From: an uncultured Bacteroidales bacterium
Lineage (GTDB): Bacteria > Bacteroidota > Bacteroidia > Bacteroidales > UBA12077
Assembly (NCBI GenBank): GCA_964635605.1
Contig: CAZWPU010000001.1
Coordinates: 1 to 44,207 of the forward strand
Length of the DNA: 44,207 bases
Direction of reading: 5' to 3'
Below are positions 18,001 through 29,326 of this stretch, piece after piece. The notes beneath the pieces were generated by a model. The model did not search any database, was not told the DNA's origin, and saw nothing but the letters and a program-made list of their open reading frames with translations. A program made the position numbers and the translations under genes. Every line of letters begins with the position of its first letter. Position 1 is the first letter of the stretch.

Positions 18001-19319
18001 GTTGGAGCACGGTTAAGCATTACAGGATGTCCTTTAAGCACATTTTCCAAAATATCCCAAACGACCGGGTCTTTTCGATCAACAATTTTTTTCGCTGATT
18101 TTACCGTTTTTACAATCCCTCTTTCGATTAATTTTCTAATTACAAAAGGTTTATAAAGCTCAGCGGCCATATCTTTGGGCAAACCACATTCGTGTAATTT
18201 CAATTCCGGACCAACCACAATTACCGAACGTGCTGAATAATCGACACGTTTACCTAATAAATTTTGTCGGAACCGACCTTGTTTCCCTTTCAAACTGTCA
18301 CTTAAAGATTTAAGCGCTCTGTTTGAATCTGTTTTTACAGCATTTGATTTTCTTGAGTTATCAAACAATGAATCAACTGCTTCCTGCAACATACGTTTTT
18401 CGTTACGTAAAATAACTTCAGGAGCTTTAATTTCAATTAATCGTTTGAGTCGATTATTTCTGATAATAACTCTACGATAAAGATCATTCAGGTCAGATGT
18501 AGCAAATCTTCCGCCATCAAGAGGAACAAGCGGGCGCAATTCAGGAGGAATTACAGGCACGACTTTAACAATCATCCATTCGGGTCGATTTATTCCTTTA
18601 GAAGCACGGAATGCTTCAACAACCTGAAGTCTTTTTAATGCTTCGTTTTTACGTTGCTGAGAAGTCTCAGTATTAGCTTTATGACGAAGGTCATAAGATA
18701 ATTCATCCAAATCAATACGTTCTAACAATTTATAAAGAGATTCAGCGCCCATGTCAGCGATAAACTTATTTGGATCTGAATCATCTAGATATTGATTATC
18801 TTTGGGTAAAGTCTCTAAAATATCAAGATATTCTTCTTCAGTTAAAAAATCAAGGTATTTAACACCATCTTCAGCTTTAATACCCGGATTAATAACTATA
18901 TATCTTTCGTAATAAATAATTGAATCCAGTTTTTTGGTTGGAAGTCCTAAAAGATATCCGATTTTATTTGGCAATGATTTAAAATACCAAATATGAGCTA
19001 CGGGAACAACCAACGATATGTGTCCCATTCGTTCTCTTCGAACTTTTTTCTCTGTAACCTCTACACCACAACGGTCACAAACAATTCCTTTATATCTGAT
19101 TCGTTTGTATTTACCACAATGACATTCATAATCTTTGACAGGGCCAAAAATCCTTTCACAAAACAATCCATCACGCTCGGGTTTATAAGTCCTGTAATTT
19201 ATAGTCTCGGGTTTTAAAACCTCTCCACTTGAACGTTCAAGAATTTCTTCCGGAGAAGCTAAACCTATAGAGATTTTTGTAAAATCACTCTTTACCTTAT
19301 TATCTCTTCTGAATGACAT
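15063..19319 (-). CDS. rpoC: DNA-directed RNA polymerase subunit beta-prime
   Basis: Zn-finger [20 protein letters not shown], catalytic NADFDGDQM, and the trigger loop/bridge helix regions. The true start is taken as ATG 19319 (MSFRRDNKV...). The 22 codons upstream in the track ORF run through the intergenic hairpin. Confidence 0.97.
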   Translation of the reverse strand: MSFRRDNKVKSDFTKISIGLASPEEILERSSGEVLKPETINYRTYKPERDGLFCERIFGPVKDYECHCGKYKRIRYKGIVCDRCGVEVTEKKVRRERMGHISLVVPVAHIWYFKSLPNKIGYLLGLPTKKLDSIIYYERYIVINPGIKAEDGVKYLDFLTEEEYLDILETLPKDNQYLDDSDPNKFIADMGAESLYKLLERIDLDELSYDLRHKANTETSQQRKNEALKRLQVVEAFRASKGINRPEWMIVKVVPVIPPELRPLVPLDGGRFATSDLNDLYRRVIIRNNRLKRLIEIKAPEVILRNEKRMLQEAVDSLFDNSRKSNAVKTDSNRALKSLSDSLKGKQGRFRQNLLGKRVDYSARSVIVVGPELKLHECGLPKDMAAELYKPFVIRKLIERGIVKTVKSAKKIVDRKDPVVWDILENVLKGHPVMLNRAPTLHRLGIQAFQPKLIEGKAIQLHPLACTAFNADFDGDQMAVHLPLGNAAILEAQMLMLASHNILNPANGAPITVPSQDMVLGLYYITKQRAGVKGEGLKFYSPEEVTIAYNEGAVALHASIKVKVDDIVDGKPVNHIIETTVGRVIFNQFVPKEVGYINELLTKKSLRDIIGTVLKKTGTDVTSKFLDDIKHLGYQMAFRGGLSFNLDDVIIPKEKEILVNDGYEQVEEVLNNYNMGFITNNERYNQIIDIWTHINAKLTQTLMKKLTTDNQGFNSVYMMLDSGARGSKEQIRQLSGMRGLMAKPQKSGTSGSEIIENPILSNFKEGLSVLEYFISTHGARKGLADTALKTADAGYLTRRLVDVSQDVIITEEDCGTLRGLVATAIKKNEEVVETLFERILGRTTVHDVYHPLSGELIIGAGEEITEDIAKKIEESPIEQVEIRSVLTCESKNGVCAKCYGRNLATGKMVQKGESVGVIAAQSIGEPGTQLTLRTFHVGGTASNIAADSSIVAKYDGTIEIDELRTVEKDEDGKKIDIVIGRLAEMRIIDKNTGIVLSTHNIPYGSRLYIKNGDTVKKGTMICDWDPYNAVIISEATGKLSFENLIEGITFKEESDEQTGFKEKVIIETRDKKKNPTAKLIGKDGEIIKTYNLPVGAHISIDDGQEVKSGEILAKLPRAVGKSGDITGGLPRVTELFEARNPSNPAVVSEIDGEVAFGKIKRGNREIIIKSKTGEVKKYLVPLSKQILVQENDYVRAGIPLSDGAITPSDILAIKGPTKVQEYIVNEVQEVYRLQGVKINDKHFEVIVRQMMRKVIIEDPGDTKFLEKQVVDKWVFMDENDWIYDKNVINDPGDSQIFKSGQIVTARKLRDENSILKRKDLKLVEARDAVPATSSQVLQGITKAALQTKSFMSAASFQETTKVLNEAAIHGKIDKLEGLKENVIVGHKIPAGTGLRDYDKIIVGSKEEYDDLMSAKERE

Positions 19320-19358
19320 ATATTGAAAATTAAATGGTATATAAAATAATAAAAATAT

Positions 19359-19389
19359 ATGAATGTTGGGATAAGTTCCCAACATTCAT
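19359..19389 (-). terminator. Terminator-like / attenuator or processing hairpin in the rpoB-rpoC spacer
   Basis: 13-bp perfect stem atgaatgttggga (19359..19371) / tcccaacattcat (19377..19389) with a 5-nt loop. It begins 8 nt after the rpoB stop. On the mRNA strand it is followed by AUAUUUUUAUUAUUUU. Confidence 0.5.
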
Positions 19390-19397
19390 TAAAATAT

Positions 19398-22300
19398 CTA
19401 ATCGAGATTTACGCTTAAACCTAATCCTCTTAACTCATGTAACAATACATTGAGCGATTCGGGTATACCAGGCATAGGCATTGGCTCTCCTTTAACTATC
19501 GCTTCGTAAGCTTTAGCTCTTCCGTTTACATCGTCAGATTTCACGGTTAGGATTTCCTGCAATACATTAGATGCACCGAAAGCCTCTAGTGCCCAAACTT
19601 CCATCTCACCAAAACGCTGGCCTCCAAATTGAGCTTTACCACCCAATGGCTGTTGTGTAATTAATGAATAAGGGCCGATTGAACGTGAGTGCATCTTATC
19701 TTCAACCATATGACCTAACTTAAGCATATAAATTATACCTACAGTTGCCGGTTGATGGAATCGTTCACCTGTTCCTCCATCAAAAAGATACGTTTTACCA
19801 TAGGCAGGAACTTCAGCCTTATCGGTATATTCTGTTATTTGTTCTAGTGTAGCTCCATCAAAAATAGGTGTGGCAAAATTAACACCCAGTTTCTTTCCAG
19901 CCCAACCAAGAACCGATTCGTAAATTTGTCCAAGGTTCATCCTTGAGGGTACACCTAATGGATTTAGTACAATATCAACCGGTGTTCCATCTTCAAGGAA
20001 AGGCATATCTTCAGCTCGAACAATCTTAGCAACAATACCTTTGTTTCCATGACGGCCTGCCATTTTATCTCCAACAGTTACTTTTCGTTTTTTGGCTATA
20101 TAAACTTTTGCCATTTGAACAATACCTGTTGGTAGTTCATCACCAATAGTTACATTATATTTCTTACGCCTTAAATGAGCATCAATCTCTTTACGTTTAA
20201 TAATATAATTATGTAACAATCTTTTGATGATTTCATTCTTATTTTTATCGGTTGTCCACTTATTAGGATTAACATTAATAAAGTCTATATCCTGTAACAT
20301 TTTAATGGTGAACTTGGTTCCTTTTGGAATAACATCAACATTGTAATAATCTTTTACTCCCTGCGATGTTTTTCCATTGACAAGAATGAATAATTTATCG
20401 ATTAATTTATTGGTTAATTGCTCTACTTTCAGGGCAAATTCTTTATCTATTGCCTCAAGCTCCAGTTTATCAGCATTTTTCGATTTCTTATCTTTTAATG
20501 CTCTAGAGAATAGCTTTTTATTAATAACTACTCCTTGTAATGATGGTGAAGCTTTAAGCGATGCATCTTTAACATCCCCTGCTTTATCACCAAAGATAGC
20601 ACGTAATAATTTTTCTTCTGGTGATGGGTCAGATTCTCCTTTTGGTGTAATCTTACCAATTAAAATATCACCAGGTTTTATGTGAGCACCAATTCGAATT
20701 AAACCGTTTTCATCTAAATCTTTGGTAGCTTCTTCGCTAACATTAGGAATATCAGAAGTTAATTCTTCAAGGCCACGTTTAGTATCACGTACTTCCAATA
20801 AATACTCATCTATATGGATTGATGTAAACACATCATTTTTAACAACATGCTCGGAGATTACAATAGCGTCCTCAAAGTTATATCCTTTCCATGGCATAAA
20901 CGCCACTTTAAGATTTCGTCCTATGGCTAATTCACCATCATCAGTTCCGTATCCATCTGTTAAAACCTGTCCTTCAACCACTTTTTGTCCTTTACGAACA
21001 ATTGGTTTTAAATTAACACAAGTATTTTGATTTGTTTTTGCAAACTTAGGGAGTCGATATCGTTTTATATCATCATCGAAACTAACAAATTTTTCTTCTT
21101 CTGTTCGGTTGTAACGAATAACGATCTCTTCAGCATCAACATAGTCTACAACACCTTCTCCTTCAGCAACAATTTGTATTCTTGCATCATTTACTACATG
21201 TTCCTCCAAACCCGTTCCAACAATTGGAGCTTCGGGTTGTAATAAAGGAACAGCCTGACGCATCATATTTGATCCCATTAATGCACGGTTTGCATCATCA
21301 TGTTCCAGAAATGGAATTAATGAGGCTGCAATAGATGCAATTTGATTGGGAGCAACATCCATAAGATCAACTTCTTCAGGAGTAGCTAATGGATAATCAG
21401 CTTCCAGCCTCGACTTAATTCTTGGATTAATAAATTTACCAAGTTCATCAATCGGGGCGTTTGCCTGGGCAATAGTAATTCCTTCTTCTTCTTCGGCACT
21501 TAAGAACAGAGCATCTCCGCTTAAATCAACTTTACCTTCGGTTACTTTTCGATAAGGTGTTTCAATAAATCCTAAATCATTAATTTTAGCATAAACACAT
21601 AACGAAGAAATTAACCCGATATTAGGACCTTCAGGAGTCTCAATAGGACACAAGCGGCCATAATGGGTATAGTGAACATCTCGCACTTCAAAACCGGCTC
21701 TTTCTCTAGAAAGTCCACCTGGTCCTAATGCTGACAAACGTCGTTTATGAGTCATCTCACCTAATGGATTGGTTTGATCCATAAACTGAGACAGCTGGTT
21801 TGTACCAAAAAATGAATTGATAACGGATGATAGTGTTTTGGAATTAATTAAATCAATTGGGGTAAACACTTCGTTATCACGCACGTTCATTCTTTCCCGA
21901 ATAGTACGTGCCATTCGGGCTAAACCAACACCAAATTGATTGGATAATTGTTCACCTACAGTACGAACCCTACGATTACTTAAGTGATCGATATCATCCA
22001 CATCTGTTTTTGAGTTAATTAGCTCAATCAGATATTTTATAATTTGAATAATATCCTCATTGGTAAGAATCTTGGTTTCAATAGGTGTATCGATATTTAA
22101 TTTTTTATTCATCCTGTAACGACCAACATCACCTAAGTCGTATCGTTTATCAGAGAAGAATAATTTTTCAATAACATCGCGAGCTGTAGATTCATCGGGT
22201 GGTTCTGCATTACGTAATTGTCTGTAAATATGCAAAACAGCTTCTTTCTCCGAGTTACAAGGATCTTTTTGAAGTGTATTATATATTATTGCATAATCAG

Positions 22301-23207
22301 ACATATTCTGATCTTCTTTATGCAATAAAATTGTTTTGGCTCCAGAATCTACAATTTGTTCCAGATGTTCATTTTCAATAACAGTTTCACGATCAATAAT
22401 CACTTCATTTCTTTCGATCGAAACCACTTCACCGGTATCCTCGTCAACAAAGTCTTCTACCCATGACTTAAGTACACGGGCAGCAAGTTTTCTACCGACA
22501 TATTTTTTTAAACCCGATTTAGAAACTTTAACTTCATCCGCTAAATTAAAAATTTCAAGAATATCCTTATCGCTTTCATAACCTATAGCACGAAGAAGCG
22601 TGGTAACAGGTAATTTCTTTTTTCGATCAATATATGCATACATCACATTATTGATATCGGTAGCGAATTCAATCCATGATCCACGGAAGGGAATAATTCT
22701 TGCGGAATATAATTTTGTTCCGTTTGCGTGCAAACTTTGACCAAAGAATACTCCTGGAGAACGATGCAGCTGAGAAACAATAACACGTTCAGCTCCATTG
22801 ATAACAAATGAGCCTCTATCGGTCATGTATGGCACGGTTCCAAGATATACATCCTGAATTACTGTATCAAAATCCTCATGTTCGGGATCAGTACAGTATA
22901 ATTTAAGTTTCGCTTTTAAGGGTACACTAAAAGTTAATCCACGCTCAATACACTCTTCGATACTATATCTTGGTGGATCAATATAATAATCCAAAAATTC
23001 TAATACAAAATTATTTCTTGTATCAGTAATAGGAAAATTTCCACTAAATACCTGATAAAGACCTTCTTTTTTTCTCACTTCAGGAGTAGAATTTAACTGA
23101 AAGAATTCTTTAAAAGATTTTAATTGTACTTCTAAAAAATCAGGATAATTTAACTGATTTTTAGTAGAAGCGAAACTAATACGTTTGTTTGTAATATTTG
23201 AAGACAT
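19398..23207 (-). CDS. rpoB: DNA-directed RNA polymerase subunit beta
   Basis: Full-length 1269 aa with conserved rif-cluster region ([12 protein letters not shown]...[13 protein letters not shown]) and C-terminal [10 protein letters not shown]. Confidence 0.98.
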   Translation of the reverse strand: MSSNITNKRISFASTKNQLNYPDFLEVQLKSFKEFFQLNSTPEVRKKEGLYQVFSGNFPITDTRNNFVLEFLDYYIDPPRYSIEECIERGLTFSVPLKAKLKLYCTDPEHEDFDTVIQDVYLGTVPYMTDRGSFVINGAERVIVSQLHRSPGVFFGQSLHANGTKLYSARIIPFRGSWIEFATDINNVMYAYIDRKKKLPVTTLLRAIGYESDKDILEIFNLADEVKVSKSGLKKYVGRKLAARVLKSWVEDFVDEDTGEVVSIERNEVIIDRETVIENEHLEQIVDSGAKTILLHKEDQNMSDYAIIYNTLQKDPCNSEKEAVLHIYRQLRNAEPPDESTARDVIEKLFFSDKRYDLGDVGRYRMNKKLNIDTPIETKILTNEDIIQIIKYLIELINSKTDVDDIDHLSNRRVRTVGEQLSNQFGVGLARMARTIRERMNVRDNEVFTPIDLINSKTLSSVINSFFGTNQLSQFMDQTNPLGEMTHKRRLSALGPGGLSRERAGFEVRDVHYTHYGRLCPIETPEGPNIGLISSLCVYAKINDLGFIETPYRKVTEGKVDLSGDALFLSAEEEEGITIAQANAPIDELGKFINPRIKSRLEADYPLATPEEVDLMDVAPNQIASIAASLIPFLEHDDANRALMGSNMMRQAVPLLQPEAPIVGTGLEEHVVNDARIQIVAEGEGVVDYVDAEEIVIRYNRTEEEKFVSFDDDIKRYRLPKFAKTNQNTCVNLKPIVRKGQKVVEGQVLTDGYGTDDGELAIGRNLKVAFMPWKGYNFEDAIVISEHVVKNDVFTSIHIDEYLLEVRDTKRGLEELTSDIPNVSEEATKDLDENGLIRIGAHIKPGDILIGKITPKGESDPSPEEKLLRAIFGDKAGDVKDASLKASPSLQGVVINKKLFSRALKDKKSKNADKLELEAIDKEFALKVEQLTNKLIDKLFILVNGKTSQGVKDYYNVDVIPKGTKFTIKMLQDIDFINVNPNKWTTDKNKNEIIKRLLHNYIIKRKEIDAHLRRKKYNVTIGDELPTGIVQMAKVYIAKKRKVTVGDKMAGRHGNKGIVAKIVRAEDMPFLEDGTPVDIVLNPLGVPSRMNLGQIYESVLGWAGKKLGVNFATPIFDGATLEQITEYTDKAEVPAYGKTYLFDGGTGERFHQPATVGIIYMLKLGHMVEDKMHSRSIGPYSLITQQPLGGKAQFGGQRFGEMEVWALEAFGASNVLQEILTVKSDDVNGRAKAYEAIVKGEPMPMPGIPESLNVLLHELRGLGLSVNLD

Positions 23208-23251
23208 TGACTTAATAAATTAATTGAACTCAAACACTTAATATAATAAAA

Positions 23252-23287
23252 AGGCTTAGAATCCCCTTTTTAAGGATCCTAAAGCCT
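23252..23287 (-). terminator. Attenuator-like hairpin in the rplL-rpoB spacer
   Basis: On the mRNA strand aggctttaggatcc ... ggattctaagcct forms about 13 bp with one bulge and one G:U, followed by UUUUUAUUAU. Confidence 0.4.
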
Positions 23288-23311
23288 ACAAGTTAGTATG
23301 TTAGGTCAATC

Positions 23312-23689
23312 CTACTTAAGTTCAACTTCCGCTCCTGCTTCTTCTAATTGTTGTTTTAATGATTCAGCTTCTTCTTTCGATATGCCTTCTTTAATAGCTT
23401 TTGGTGCGCTATCTACTACTTCTTTAGCTTCTTTTAATCCTAAACCAGTTAATTCTTTAACTAATTTAACGATTTGTAATTTAGCACCTCCTGGAGCTTT
23501 TAAAACAACATCAAATTCAGTTTTTTCAGCTTCTCCACCAGCTTCTGCACCAGCTGCAGGACCTGCTACAGCTACAGCTGCAGCTGCAGGTTCGATTCCA
23601 TATTCTTCTTTTAATATGTCTGCTAACTCATTAACATCTTTTACAGTTAAGTTAACTAACTCTTCTGCAAGCGCTTTTAAATCTGCCAT
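23312..23689 (-). CDS. rplL: 50S ribosomal protein L7/L12
   Basis: [16 protein letters not shown]..., Ala-rich hinge, C-terminal [24 protein letters not shown]. Confidence 0.95.
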   Translation of the reverse strand: MADLKALAEELVNLTVKDVNELADILKEEYGIEPAAAAVAVAGPAAGAEAGGEAEKTEFDVVLKAPGGAKLQIVKLVKELTGLGLKEAKEVVDSAPKAIKEGISKEEAESLKQQLEEAGAEVELK

Positions 23690-23727
23690 TTTTACTTATT
23701 TTTTAAAATTTAATATTACTACTTTTT

Positions 23728-24249
23728 TTATTCACTTTTATTTGAAAGTGTTTCTAAAACACCTGTCAGGGTATTACCCCCTGATTTTAATTGAGAAATT
23801 ACATTCTTCATTGGAGATTGTAATAATCCAATAAGATCACCTAGTAATTCTTCTTTAGATTTAACGTTTACTAATGTTTCTAATAAATTATCCCCTAAAT
23901 AAACAGACTCTTCAACATAGGCTGCTTTAATAACAGGTTTTTTAAATTTCTTACGAAATTCTTTAATCATTTTAGCCGGAACATTTCCGGTTTCAGTAAA
24001 CATTATTGCAGTTGGCCCCTTCAAAACATCATAAAGTTCATCTACCTGAAATTCAGATTGATCTAATGCTCTTTTAAGAAGGGTATTCTTAACAACCAAC
24101 ATTTGAATATTATTCTCAAAACATTTCCTTCTTAACAAACTTGTACTTTCAGCATTTAATTCGCTGGTATCTGTTACGTAAAAATGTGTTGAATTATTTA
24201 ATTGTTCAACCAGGTTGTTAACAATGATCTCTTTCTCTTCGCGTTTCAT
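23728..24249 (-). CDS. rplJ: 50S ribosomal protein L10
   Basis: MKREEKEIIVNNLVEQL... and its position between rplA and rplL. The track ORF begins at TTG 24255; an ATG two codons in (24249) is preferred. Confidence 0.9.
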   Translation of the reverse strand: MKREEKEIIVNNLVEQLNNSTHFYVTDTSELNAESTSLLRRKCFENNIQMLVVKNTLLKRALDQSEFQVDELYDVLKGPTAIMFTETGNVPAKMIKEFRKKFKKPVIKAAYVEESVYLGDNLLETLVNVKSKEELLGDLIGLLQSPMKNVISQLKSGGNTLTGVLETLSNKSE

Positions 24250-24286
24250 AATCAATATTTTTTACTCTGAATTGTCGAAATTGGAC

Positions 24287-24976
24287 TTAAACAGATTTTG
24301 GGTCAATTTTAATACCGGGACTCATCGTACTTGAAATGTAAAGGCTTAGAATATAAGTACCTTTAGCTGCAGCAGGTTTTAATTTATTAACCGTAGCCAT
24401 AAATTCACGTGCATTTTCAGCTAATTTTTTAGGTTCAAAAGATACTTTTCCTACCGATGAATGAATAATTCCATATTTATCCACCTTAAAGTCAATTTTA
24501 CCTTTTTTTACTTCTTCAATAGCCTTTCCCACTTCCATGGTAACGGTACCTGTTTTTGGGTTTGGCATTAAACCTCGTGGCCCAAGAATACGACCTAATT
24601 GTCCAACTTTAGCCATTACAGGAGGCATAGTTATAACTACATCAATATCTGTCCATCCTCCTTTAATTTTATCCACATATTCGTCTAAACCAACATAGTC
24701 GGCACCAGCAGCTTTTGCTTCTTCTTCCTTATCAGGAGTTACAAGAGCCAAAACTTTTAATGTTTTTCCGGTACCATGAGGTAATGTTACTACACCTCGA
24801 ACCATTTGATTCGATTTTCGTGGATCGACACCCAATCGTACATTAAGATCAACTGAAGCATCAAATTTAGTTGTTGAAATTTCATTCACTAATTTTGTCG
24901 CCTCGTCAAGGGTATAACTTTTACCAATTTCGATCTTTTCAAGGGCAATCTTCTTATTTTTAGTAAGTTTTGTCAT
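24287..24976 (-). CDS. rplA: 50S ribosomal protein L1
   Basis: [24 protein letters not shown] ... [15 protein letters not shown]. Confidence 0.95.
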   Translation of the reverse strand: MTKLTKNKKIALEKIEIGKSYTLDEATKLVNEISTTKFDASVDLNVRLGVDPRKSNQMVRGVVTLPHGTGKTLKVLALVTPDKEEEAKAAGADYVGLDEYVDKIKGGWTDIDVVITMPPVMAKVGQLGRILGPRGLMPNPKTGTVTMEVGKAIEEVKKGKIDFKVDKYGIIHSSVGKVSFEPKKLAENAREFMATVNKLKPAAAKGTYILSLYISSTMSPGIKIDPKSV

Positions 24977-24999
24977 AACTTCTTTCGAAATATTATTGT

Positions 25000-25443
25000 T
25001 TATTCTTTACCTGGAAATTTACCTTTAACAGTAATCCCCATACTTCTGGCAGTACCAGCAACCATTCTCATAGCTGATTCAACCGTAAATGCATTCAAAT
25101 CCTTCATCTTTTCTTCGGCAATTGTTTTTACCTGATCCCAGGAAACAGAAGCAACTTTTGTTCTGTTCGATTCGGGCGATCCGGATTTTAATTTAGTCAT
25201 TTCTAACAGTTGAACTGCTACGGGAGGAGTTTTAGTTACAAAATCGAAAGACTTGTCAGAATAAACAGTAATAATAACAGGAATAACCTTACCGGCACGA
25301 TCCTGTGTTCTTGCATTAAACTGTTTACAAAACTCCATAATATTCACACCTTTAGCACCCAATGCAGGGCCTACAGGTGGAGATGGATTTGCTGCGCCAC
25401 CTCGGATTTGTAATTTAATTAATCCAGCAACTTCTTTAGCCAT
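25000..25443 (-). CDS. rplK: 50S ribosomal protein L11
   Basis: [35 protein letters not shown]. Confidence 0.95.
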   Translation of the reverse strand: MAKEVAGLIKLQIRGGAANPSPPVGPALGAKGVNIMEFCKQFNARTQDRAGKVIPVIITVYSDKSFDFVTKTPPVAVQLLEMTKLKSGSPESNRTKVASVSWDQVKTIAEEKMKDLNAFTVESAMRMVAGTARSMGITVKGKFPGKE

Positions 25444-25467
25444 AATCTAGTTTTTCTCTTTAAAAAT

Positions 25468-26013
25468 TTACTCTTTTTCGACCTGCATAAAACTTAATTC
25501 TAATGGTGTTTTTCTACCAAAAATTTTCACCATCACCTTCAGCTTTTTCTTCTCTTCATTCACTTCTTCGATAACACCATTAAAACTGTTAAATGGGCCA
25601 TCAATGACTTTTACAGTTTCTCCAACATAAAAAGGAACATTGATTTCTTCATCGCTCTCAGCAAGTTCATCGACTTTACCAAGTATACGATTCACTTCTG
25701 ACTGACGAAGTGGCGTTGGGTTGTCACCCTCAGACTCAAGGAAGCCTATGACATTAGGTATATTTTTCAGGAGGTGTACAATCTCTCCAACCAAAGCCGC
25801 TTCAATCAGAACGTAACCAGGGAAAAAATTTCTTTCTTTACTGATTTTTTTCCCATTTCTGATTTGGTAAACTTTTTCCGTTGGAATTAACACCTGAGAA
25901 ATATACTCCTGCATATTGAGTCTTGAAATCTCACTTTCAATATATTCTTTCACTCTTTTTTCTTTTCCACCAATAGCACGGAGAACATACCACTTCTTTA
26001 CAACTTCAGCCAT
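25468..26013 (-). CDS. nusG: Transcription termination/antitermination factor NusG
   Basis: KWYVLRAIGGKEKRV ... FPGYVLIEA and a C-terminal KOW domain (GETVKVIDGPFNSFNGVIEEV). Confidence 0.95.
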   Translation of the reverse strand: MAEVVKKWYVLRAIGGKEKRVKEYIESEISRLNMQEYISQVLIPTEKVYQIRNGKKISKERNFFPGYVLIEAALVGEIVHLLKNIPNVIGFLESEGDNPTPLRQSEVNRILGKVDELAESDEEINVPFYVGETVKVIDGPFNSFNGVIEEVNEEKKKLKVMVKIFGRKTPLELSFMQVEKE

Positions 26014-26027
26014 TATCCCTTTCCAAA

Positions 26028-26219
26028 TTAATAAAACATACTGTAAATTAAGTCCATCAAATTTTGAAAACTATAATCCATCACAAATATAATAAGTGCG
26101 ATGATTAAGGAAGCAACCATTACTACAATTGCACTATTTTGCAAATCTGGCCATGTTGGCCAGGATACTTTATGTATTAACTCATTAAATGCTTCTTGAA
26201 AGTATAATTTAAGTTTCAT
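26028..26219 (-). CDS. secE: Preprotein translocase subunit SecE
   Basis: 63 aa with ELIHKVSWPTWPDL and a single TM helix. Canonical position between tRNA-Trp and nusG. Confidence 0.85.
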   Translation of the reverse strand: MKLKLYFQEAFNELIHKVSWPTWPDLQNSAIVVMVASLIIALIIFVMDYSFQNLMDLIYSMFY

Positions 26220-26239
26220 GATATACGTTAATTATTTTG

Positions 26240-26312
26240 CACGGGTGGTAAGAATCGAACTCACGACCTTTGGTTTTGGAGACCACTGCTCTACCAGCTG
26301 AGCTACACCCGT
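26240..26312 (-). tRNA. tRNA-Trp (anticodon CCA)
   Basis: Hand fold gives acceptor ACGGGTG/CACCCGT, D-arm GCTC..GAGC, anticodon loop CTCCAAA, T-arm GTGAG TTCGATT CTTAC; 73 nt. CCA is not encoded. Confidence 0.9.
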
Positions 26313-26318
26313 ATAAGC

Positions 26319-26345
26319 AAGTGATTCGGAAAAACCGAATCACTT
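26319..26345 (-). terminator. Hairpin between tuf and tRNA-Trp (terminator or processing signal)
   Basis: 11-bp perfect stem aagtgattcgg (26319..26329) / ccgaatcactt (26335..26345) with a 5-nt loop. No clear U-run follows on the minus strand. Confidence 0.4.
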
Positions 26346-26359
26346 ATTAATATATTGAA

Positions 26360-27547
26360 TTACTCAATAATTTCAGTTACCTGTCCTGCACCTACAGTTC
26401 TACCACCTTCACGAATAGCAAAACGTAATCCCTGGTTAATAGCAACAGGGTAAATCAAGTTTACTGTAATTGTAACGTTATCACCTGGCATTACCATTTC
26501 TGTTCCTTCAGGAAGTTGAATTTCACCGGTTACATCAAGTGTTCTTAAATAAAACTGAGGACGATAATTATTATGGAATGGGGTGTGACGTCCACCTTCT
26601 TCTTTTTTCAATACGTAAACCTCTGCTTTAAACTGAGTATGAGGAGTTATAGATCCTGGTTTAGCAAGAACCATACCTCTCTTAATCTCTTTTTTATCAA
26701 CACCACGTAGTAACAACCCAACGTTATCACCAGCTTCACCAGTATCAAGGATCTTACGGAACATTTCAACACCAGTACAAACGGTTTTACGTGCTTCAGC
26801 ACCTAAACCAATCATTGCAAGTTCGTCACCAGTATTAACAACACCAGTTTCAATTCTTCCGGTAGCAACTGTACCACGACCAGTAATTGAGAATACGTCC
26901 TCAACAGGCATTAGAAATGGTTTTTCTTTATCACGTGGAGGAACAGGAATATATTCATCAACATACTTCATTAATTCCATAATCTTCTCAACCCACTTTT
27001 CTTCACCATTTAAAGCGCCTAAAGCTGAACCATGAACTACAGGAGCATTTTCACCGTCAAATTCATAGAAATCAAGAAGTTCACGAACTTCCATTTCAAC
27101 AAGTTCTAACAATTCAGGATCGTCTACTAAATCTACTTTATTTAAAAAAGTAACGATTTTAGGTACGTTTACCTGACGTGCCAACAGGATATGCTCTCTT
27201 GTTTGTGGCATTGGACCATCGGTACCAGCAACAACAAGGATTGCTCCGTCCATCTGAGCAGCACCTGTTACCATGTTCTTAACATAGTCGGCGTGACCCG
27301 GACAGTCAACGTGTGCATAGTGACGTGTTTCAGTCTGATACTCAACATGAGCTGAGTTAATAGTAATACCTCTTTCTTTTTCTTCAGGAGCATTGTCGAT
27401 TGAATCAAAACTTCTCATTTCAGAAAGTCCTTTTTCAAACAGTACTTTTGTAATAGCAGCTGTCAAAGTAGTTTTTCCGTGATCGACATGTCCGATAGTA
27501 CCAATATTAACGTGCTCTTTCGACCTATCAAATTTTTCTTTAGCCAT
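26360..27547 (-). CDS. tuf: Elongation factor Tu
   Basis: [40 protein letters not shown]; 395 aa from ATG 27547. The track ORF's extra 26 N-terminal codons read through tRNA-Thr. Confidence 0.97.
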   Translation of the reverse strand: MAKEKFDRSKEHVNIGTIGHVDHGKTTLTAAITKVLFEKGLSEMRSFDSIDNAPEEKERGITINSAHVEYQTETRHYAHVDCPGHADYVKNMVTGAAQMDGAILVVAGTDGPMPQTREHILLARQVNVPKIVTFLNKVDLVDDPELLELVEMEVRELLDFYEFDGENAPVVHGSALGALNGEEKWVEKIMELMKYVDEYIPVPPRDKEKPFLMPVEDVFSITGRGTVATGRIETGVVNTGDELAMIGLGAEARKTVCTGVEMFRKILDTGEAGDNVGLLLRGVDKKEIKRGMVLAKPGSITPHTQFKAEVYVLKKEEGGRHTPFHNNYRPQFYLRTLDVTGEIQLPEGTEMVMPGDNVTITVNLIYPVAINQGLRFAIREGGRTVGAGQVTEIIE

Positions 27548-27600
27548 AACTCCAAATATTAGATAATTAGATAATTTATAATTAAAACAATTTACTTTTG

Positions 27601-27672
<72 letters not shown>

Positions 27673-27681
27673 AAGGAATAG

Positions 27682-27754
27682 AGCGGGAGACGGAACTCGA
27701 ATCCGCGACCCTTAGCTTGGAAGGCTAATGCTCTACCAACTGAGCTACTCCCGC
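27682..27754 (-). tRNA. tRNA-Gly (anticodon TCC)
   Basis: Acceptor GCGGGAG/CTCCCGC, anticodon arm TTAGC CTTCCAA GCTAA, T-arm GCGGA TTCGAGT TCCGT; 73 nt. Confidence 0.9.
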
Positions 27755-27765
27755 AAAAGGAAGAG

Positions 27766-27848
27766 TGGGGAGAGCAGGATTCGAACCTACGAAGGCGTGC
27801 GCCAGCAGATTTACAGTCTGCCCCAGTTGGCCACTTTGGTATCTCCCC
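27766..27848 (-). tRNA. tRNA-Tyr (anticodon GTA), long variable arm
   Basis: Acceptor GGGGAGA/TCTCCCC, anticodon arm GCAGA CTGTAAA TCTGC, 14-nt variable arm, T-arm GTAGG TTCGAAT CCTGC; 83 nt. Confidence 0.9.
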
Positions 27849-27863
27849 CAAAAAAATCCGATG

Positions 27864-27937
27864 AGCCGATGGACGGATTCGAACCCCCGACCTGCTGATT
27901 ACAAATCAGCTGCTCTGACCAGCTGAGCTACATCGGC
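27864..27937 (-). tRNA. tRNA-Thr (anticodon TGT)
   Basis: Acceptor GCCGATG/CATCGGC, anticodon arm GCTGA TTTGTAA TCAGC, T-loop TTCGAAT; 74 nt. In my hand fold the T-stem GGGGG/CCGTC has one G-G mismatch and one G:T pair. Confidence 0.85.
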
Positions 27938-27950
27938 AAATAAAAGAACG

Positions 27951-27978
27951 CCGATTTTAGAAACATTTCCAAAATCGG
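27951..27978 (-). terminator. Hairpin upstream of the tRNA cluster (possible hpf terminator or tRNA-leader structure)
   Basis: ccgatttt (27951..27958) pairs with aaaatcgg (27971..27978) with a 12-nt loop, followed on the minus strand by CGUUCUUUUAUUU. A TACATTTG -7-like box (27983..27990, minus) lies just upstream, so the role is ambiguous. Confidence 0.3.
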
Positions 27979-28051
27979 TTCGCAAATGTATGAATATTTT
28001 ATTTATAACACAAAAAAAGTACGCTTATTTTCTTATATTTAATAGAAAAAA

Positions 28052-28351
28052 TTATAGTCCTCTTTGTTTTTCTTTATGTTTAGTAATTTGCTTTCGTAAT
28101 GCTTCAACTACATTATCAACAGACTCTTCAAAACTTTTTGTCCGTTTTTTTGCAAAAATATCACTACCCGGAATATCTAATCGAATTTCTGCAATTTTAT
28201 TTTCAGTACTTTGATCATTTTCCAATCGTAAAAAAACTTCAGCACCGATAATATTATCATAATATTGAATCAATTTATTTACTTTGTTTTCAATAAAATT
28301 GATAAGCTTTTTATCAGCATCAAAATGAATCGAATGAATGTTAATGTCCAT
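28052..28351 (-). CDS. hpf: Ribosome hibernation factor, short HPF/RaiA family
   Basis: 99 aa. MDINIHSIHFDADKKLINFIENKVNKL ... RLENDQSTENKIAEIRL is typical of the sigma-54 modulation protein/S30EA family. Confidence 0.85.
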   Translation of the reverse strand: MDINIHSIHFDADKKLINFIENKVNKLIQYYDNIIGAEVFLRLENDQSTENKIAEIRLDIPGSDIFAKKRTKSFEESVDNVVEALRKQITKHKEKQRGL

Positions 28352-28371
28352 AATGATTCCTCCATTAAATT

Positions 28372-29256
28372 TTATGCTCTGGGATGAGCTTGTTTATAAA
28401 TAGATTTTAATTTTTCAAAAGTATTATGGGTATAAACCTGTGTTGCGGAAAGATTTGCATGCCCCAAAAGTTCTTTTATAGCATTTAAATCTGCACCTTT
28501 ATTTAATAAATGCGTTGCAAAAGTATGTCGTAAAATATGTGGACTTTTCTTTTCGATAGTCGAAACGAATTTTAGATACTTGTTTACAATTCTGTATACA
28601 AATTTTTCGTACAATTTGTTTCCTTTATCCGTAACAAAAAAATAATTATGTTGTAGTGAAGGGTATTGAGCATCTTTTTTTTCCAAATATTGTTTTAATG
28701 TATTTACAAAACTCTGATGTATGGGAATAATACGCTCTTTATTTCTTTTCCCCAGCACTTTTAATGTTCCTTCAATTAAATTTACATCCGCTGTTTTTAG
28801 TTCGATTAATTCGGATAAACGCATCCCTGTATTATAAAACATTTCTATAATTGTTTTATTTCGTATACCGGGAAAATCATCACCAAAAGAAAAGTCATCG
28901 AGCAAATTATTAATATGCTGTTCATCAACAAAAGTTGGAATTTTTTTTGATAATCTTGGTGCTGTAACTTTATCCATTGGATTAATAGTAACATAACCTT
29001 CTCTGATAAGAAACTTATAAAAGGTTTTTAAAGTAGAAATTTTTCGGTTAATGGTTAAAGAGGAAAAATCTCTTTCCATCATACTCACAATCCAGGATCG
29101 AATATTTTTTTCATTTGCATTTTGTATTTCAGTCTTACAACCGGAATTAATGATAAATGTATTAAAATGCCTAAGATCATTCTCGTATGAAAGAATGGTA
29201 TGCTTTGAAAATCGCCTTTCGGTTTGTAAATATTTTAGAAAAAGATTTTTGTACAT
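28372..29256 (-). CDS. Tyrosine-type site-specific recombinase, XerC/XerD-like
   Basis: N-terminal SAM-like core-binding domain (YLQTERRFSKHTILSYENDLRHF). Catalytic residues are in place: R in GMRLSEL, HILRHTFATHLL, LGHANLSATQVYTH. Confidence 0.8.
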   Translation of the reverse strand: MYKNLFLKYLQTERRFSKHTILSYENDLRHFNTFIINSGCKTEIQNANEKNIRSWIVSMMERDFSSLTINRKISTLKTFYKFLIREGYVTINPMDKVTAPRLSKKIPTFVDEQHINNLLDDFSFGDDFPGIRNKTIIEMFYNTGMRLSELIELKTADVNLIEGTLKVLGKRNKERIIPIHQSFVNTLKQYLEKKDAQYPSLQHNYFFVTDKGNKLYEKFVYRIVNKYLKFVSTIEKKSPHILRHTFATHLLNKGADLNAIKELLGHANLSATQVYTHNTFEKLKSIYKQAHPRA

Positions 29257-29277
29257 ATAGGGTTTTGCTTATAAATT

Positions 29278-29306
29278 AAAAAGAAATAAAATACCAGAAT
29301 GGTATT
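29278..29306 (-). terminator. Weak hairpin plus U-tract downstream of rpsU
   Basis: aatacca (29290..29296) / tggtatt (29300..29306) with a 3-nt loop, followed on the minus strand by UUAUUUCUUUUU. Confidence 0.35.
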
Positions 29307-29326
29307 ATACACTTACCCTATATCTG

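Noticed and set aside
19320-19385. 22-codon N-terminal extension of the rpoC ORF
   Set aside because: It runs through the intergenic hairpin. The conserved beta-prime N-terminus (MSFRRDNKV...[14 protein letters not shown]) starts at ATG 19319.
23298-23834. 178-aa plus-strand ORF overlapping rplL and the end of rplJ
   Set aside because: It is antisense to two unmistakable ribosomal protein genes. Its product is low-complexity Ala/Ser/Thr-rich, mirroring the Ala/Glu/Lys-rich L7/L12 codons. There is no start context or family resemblance.
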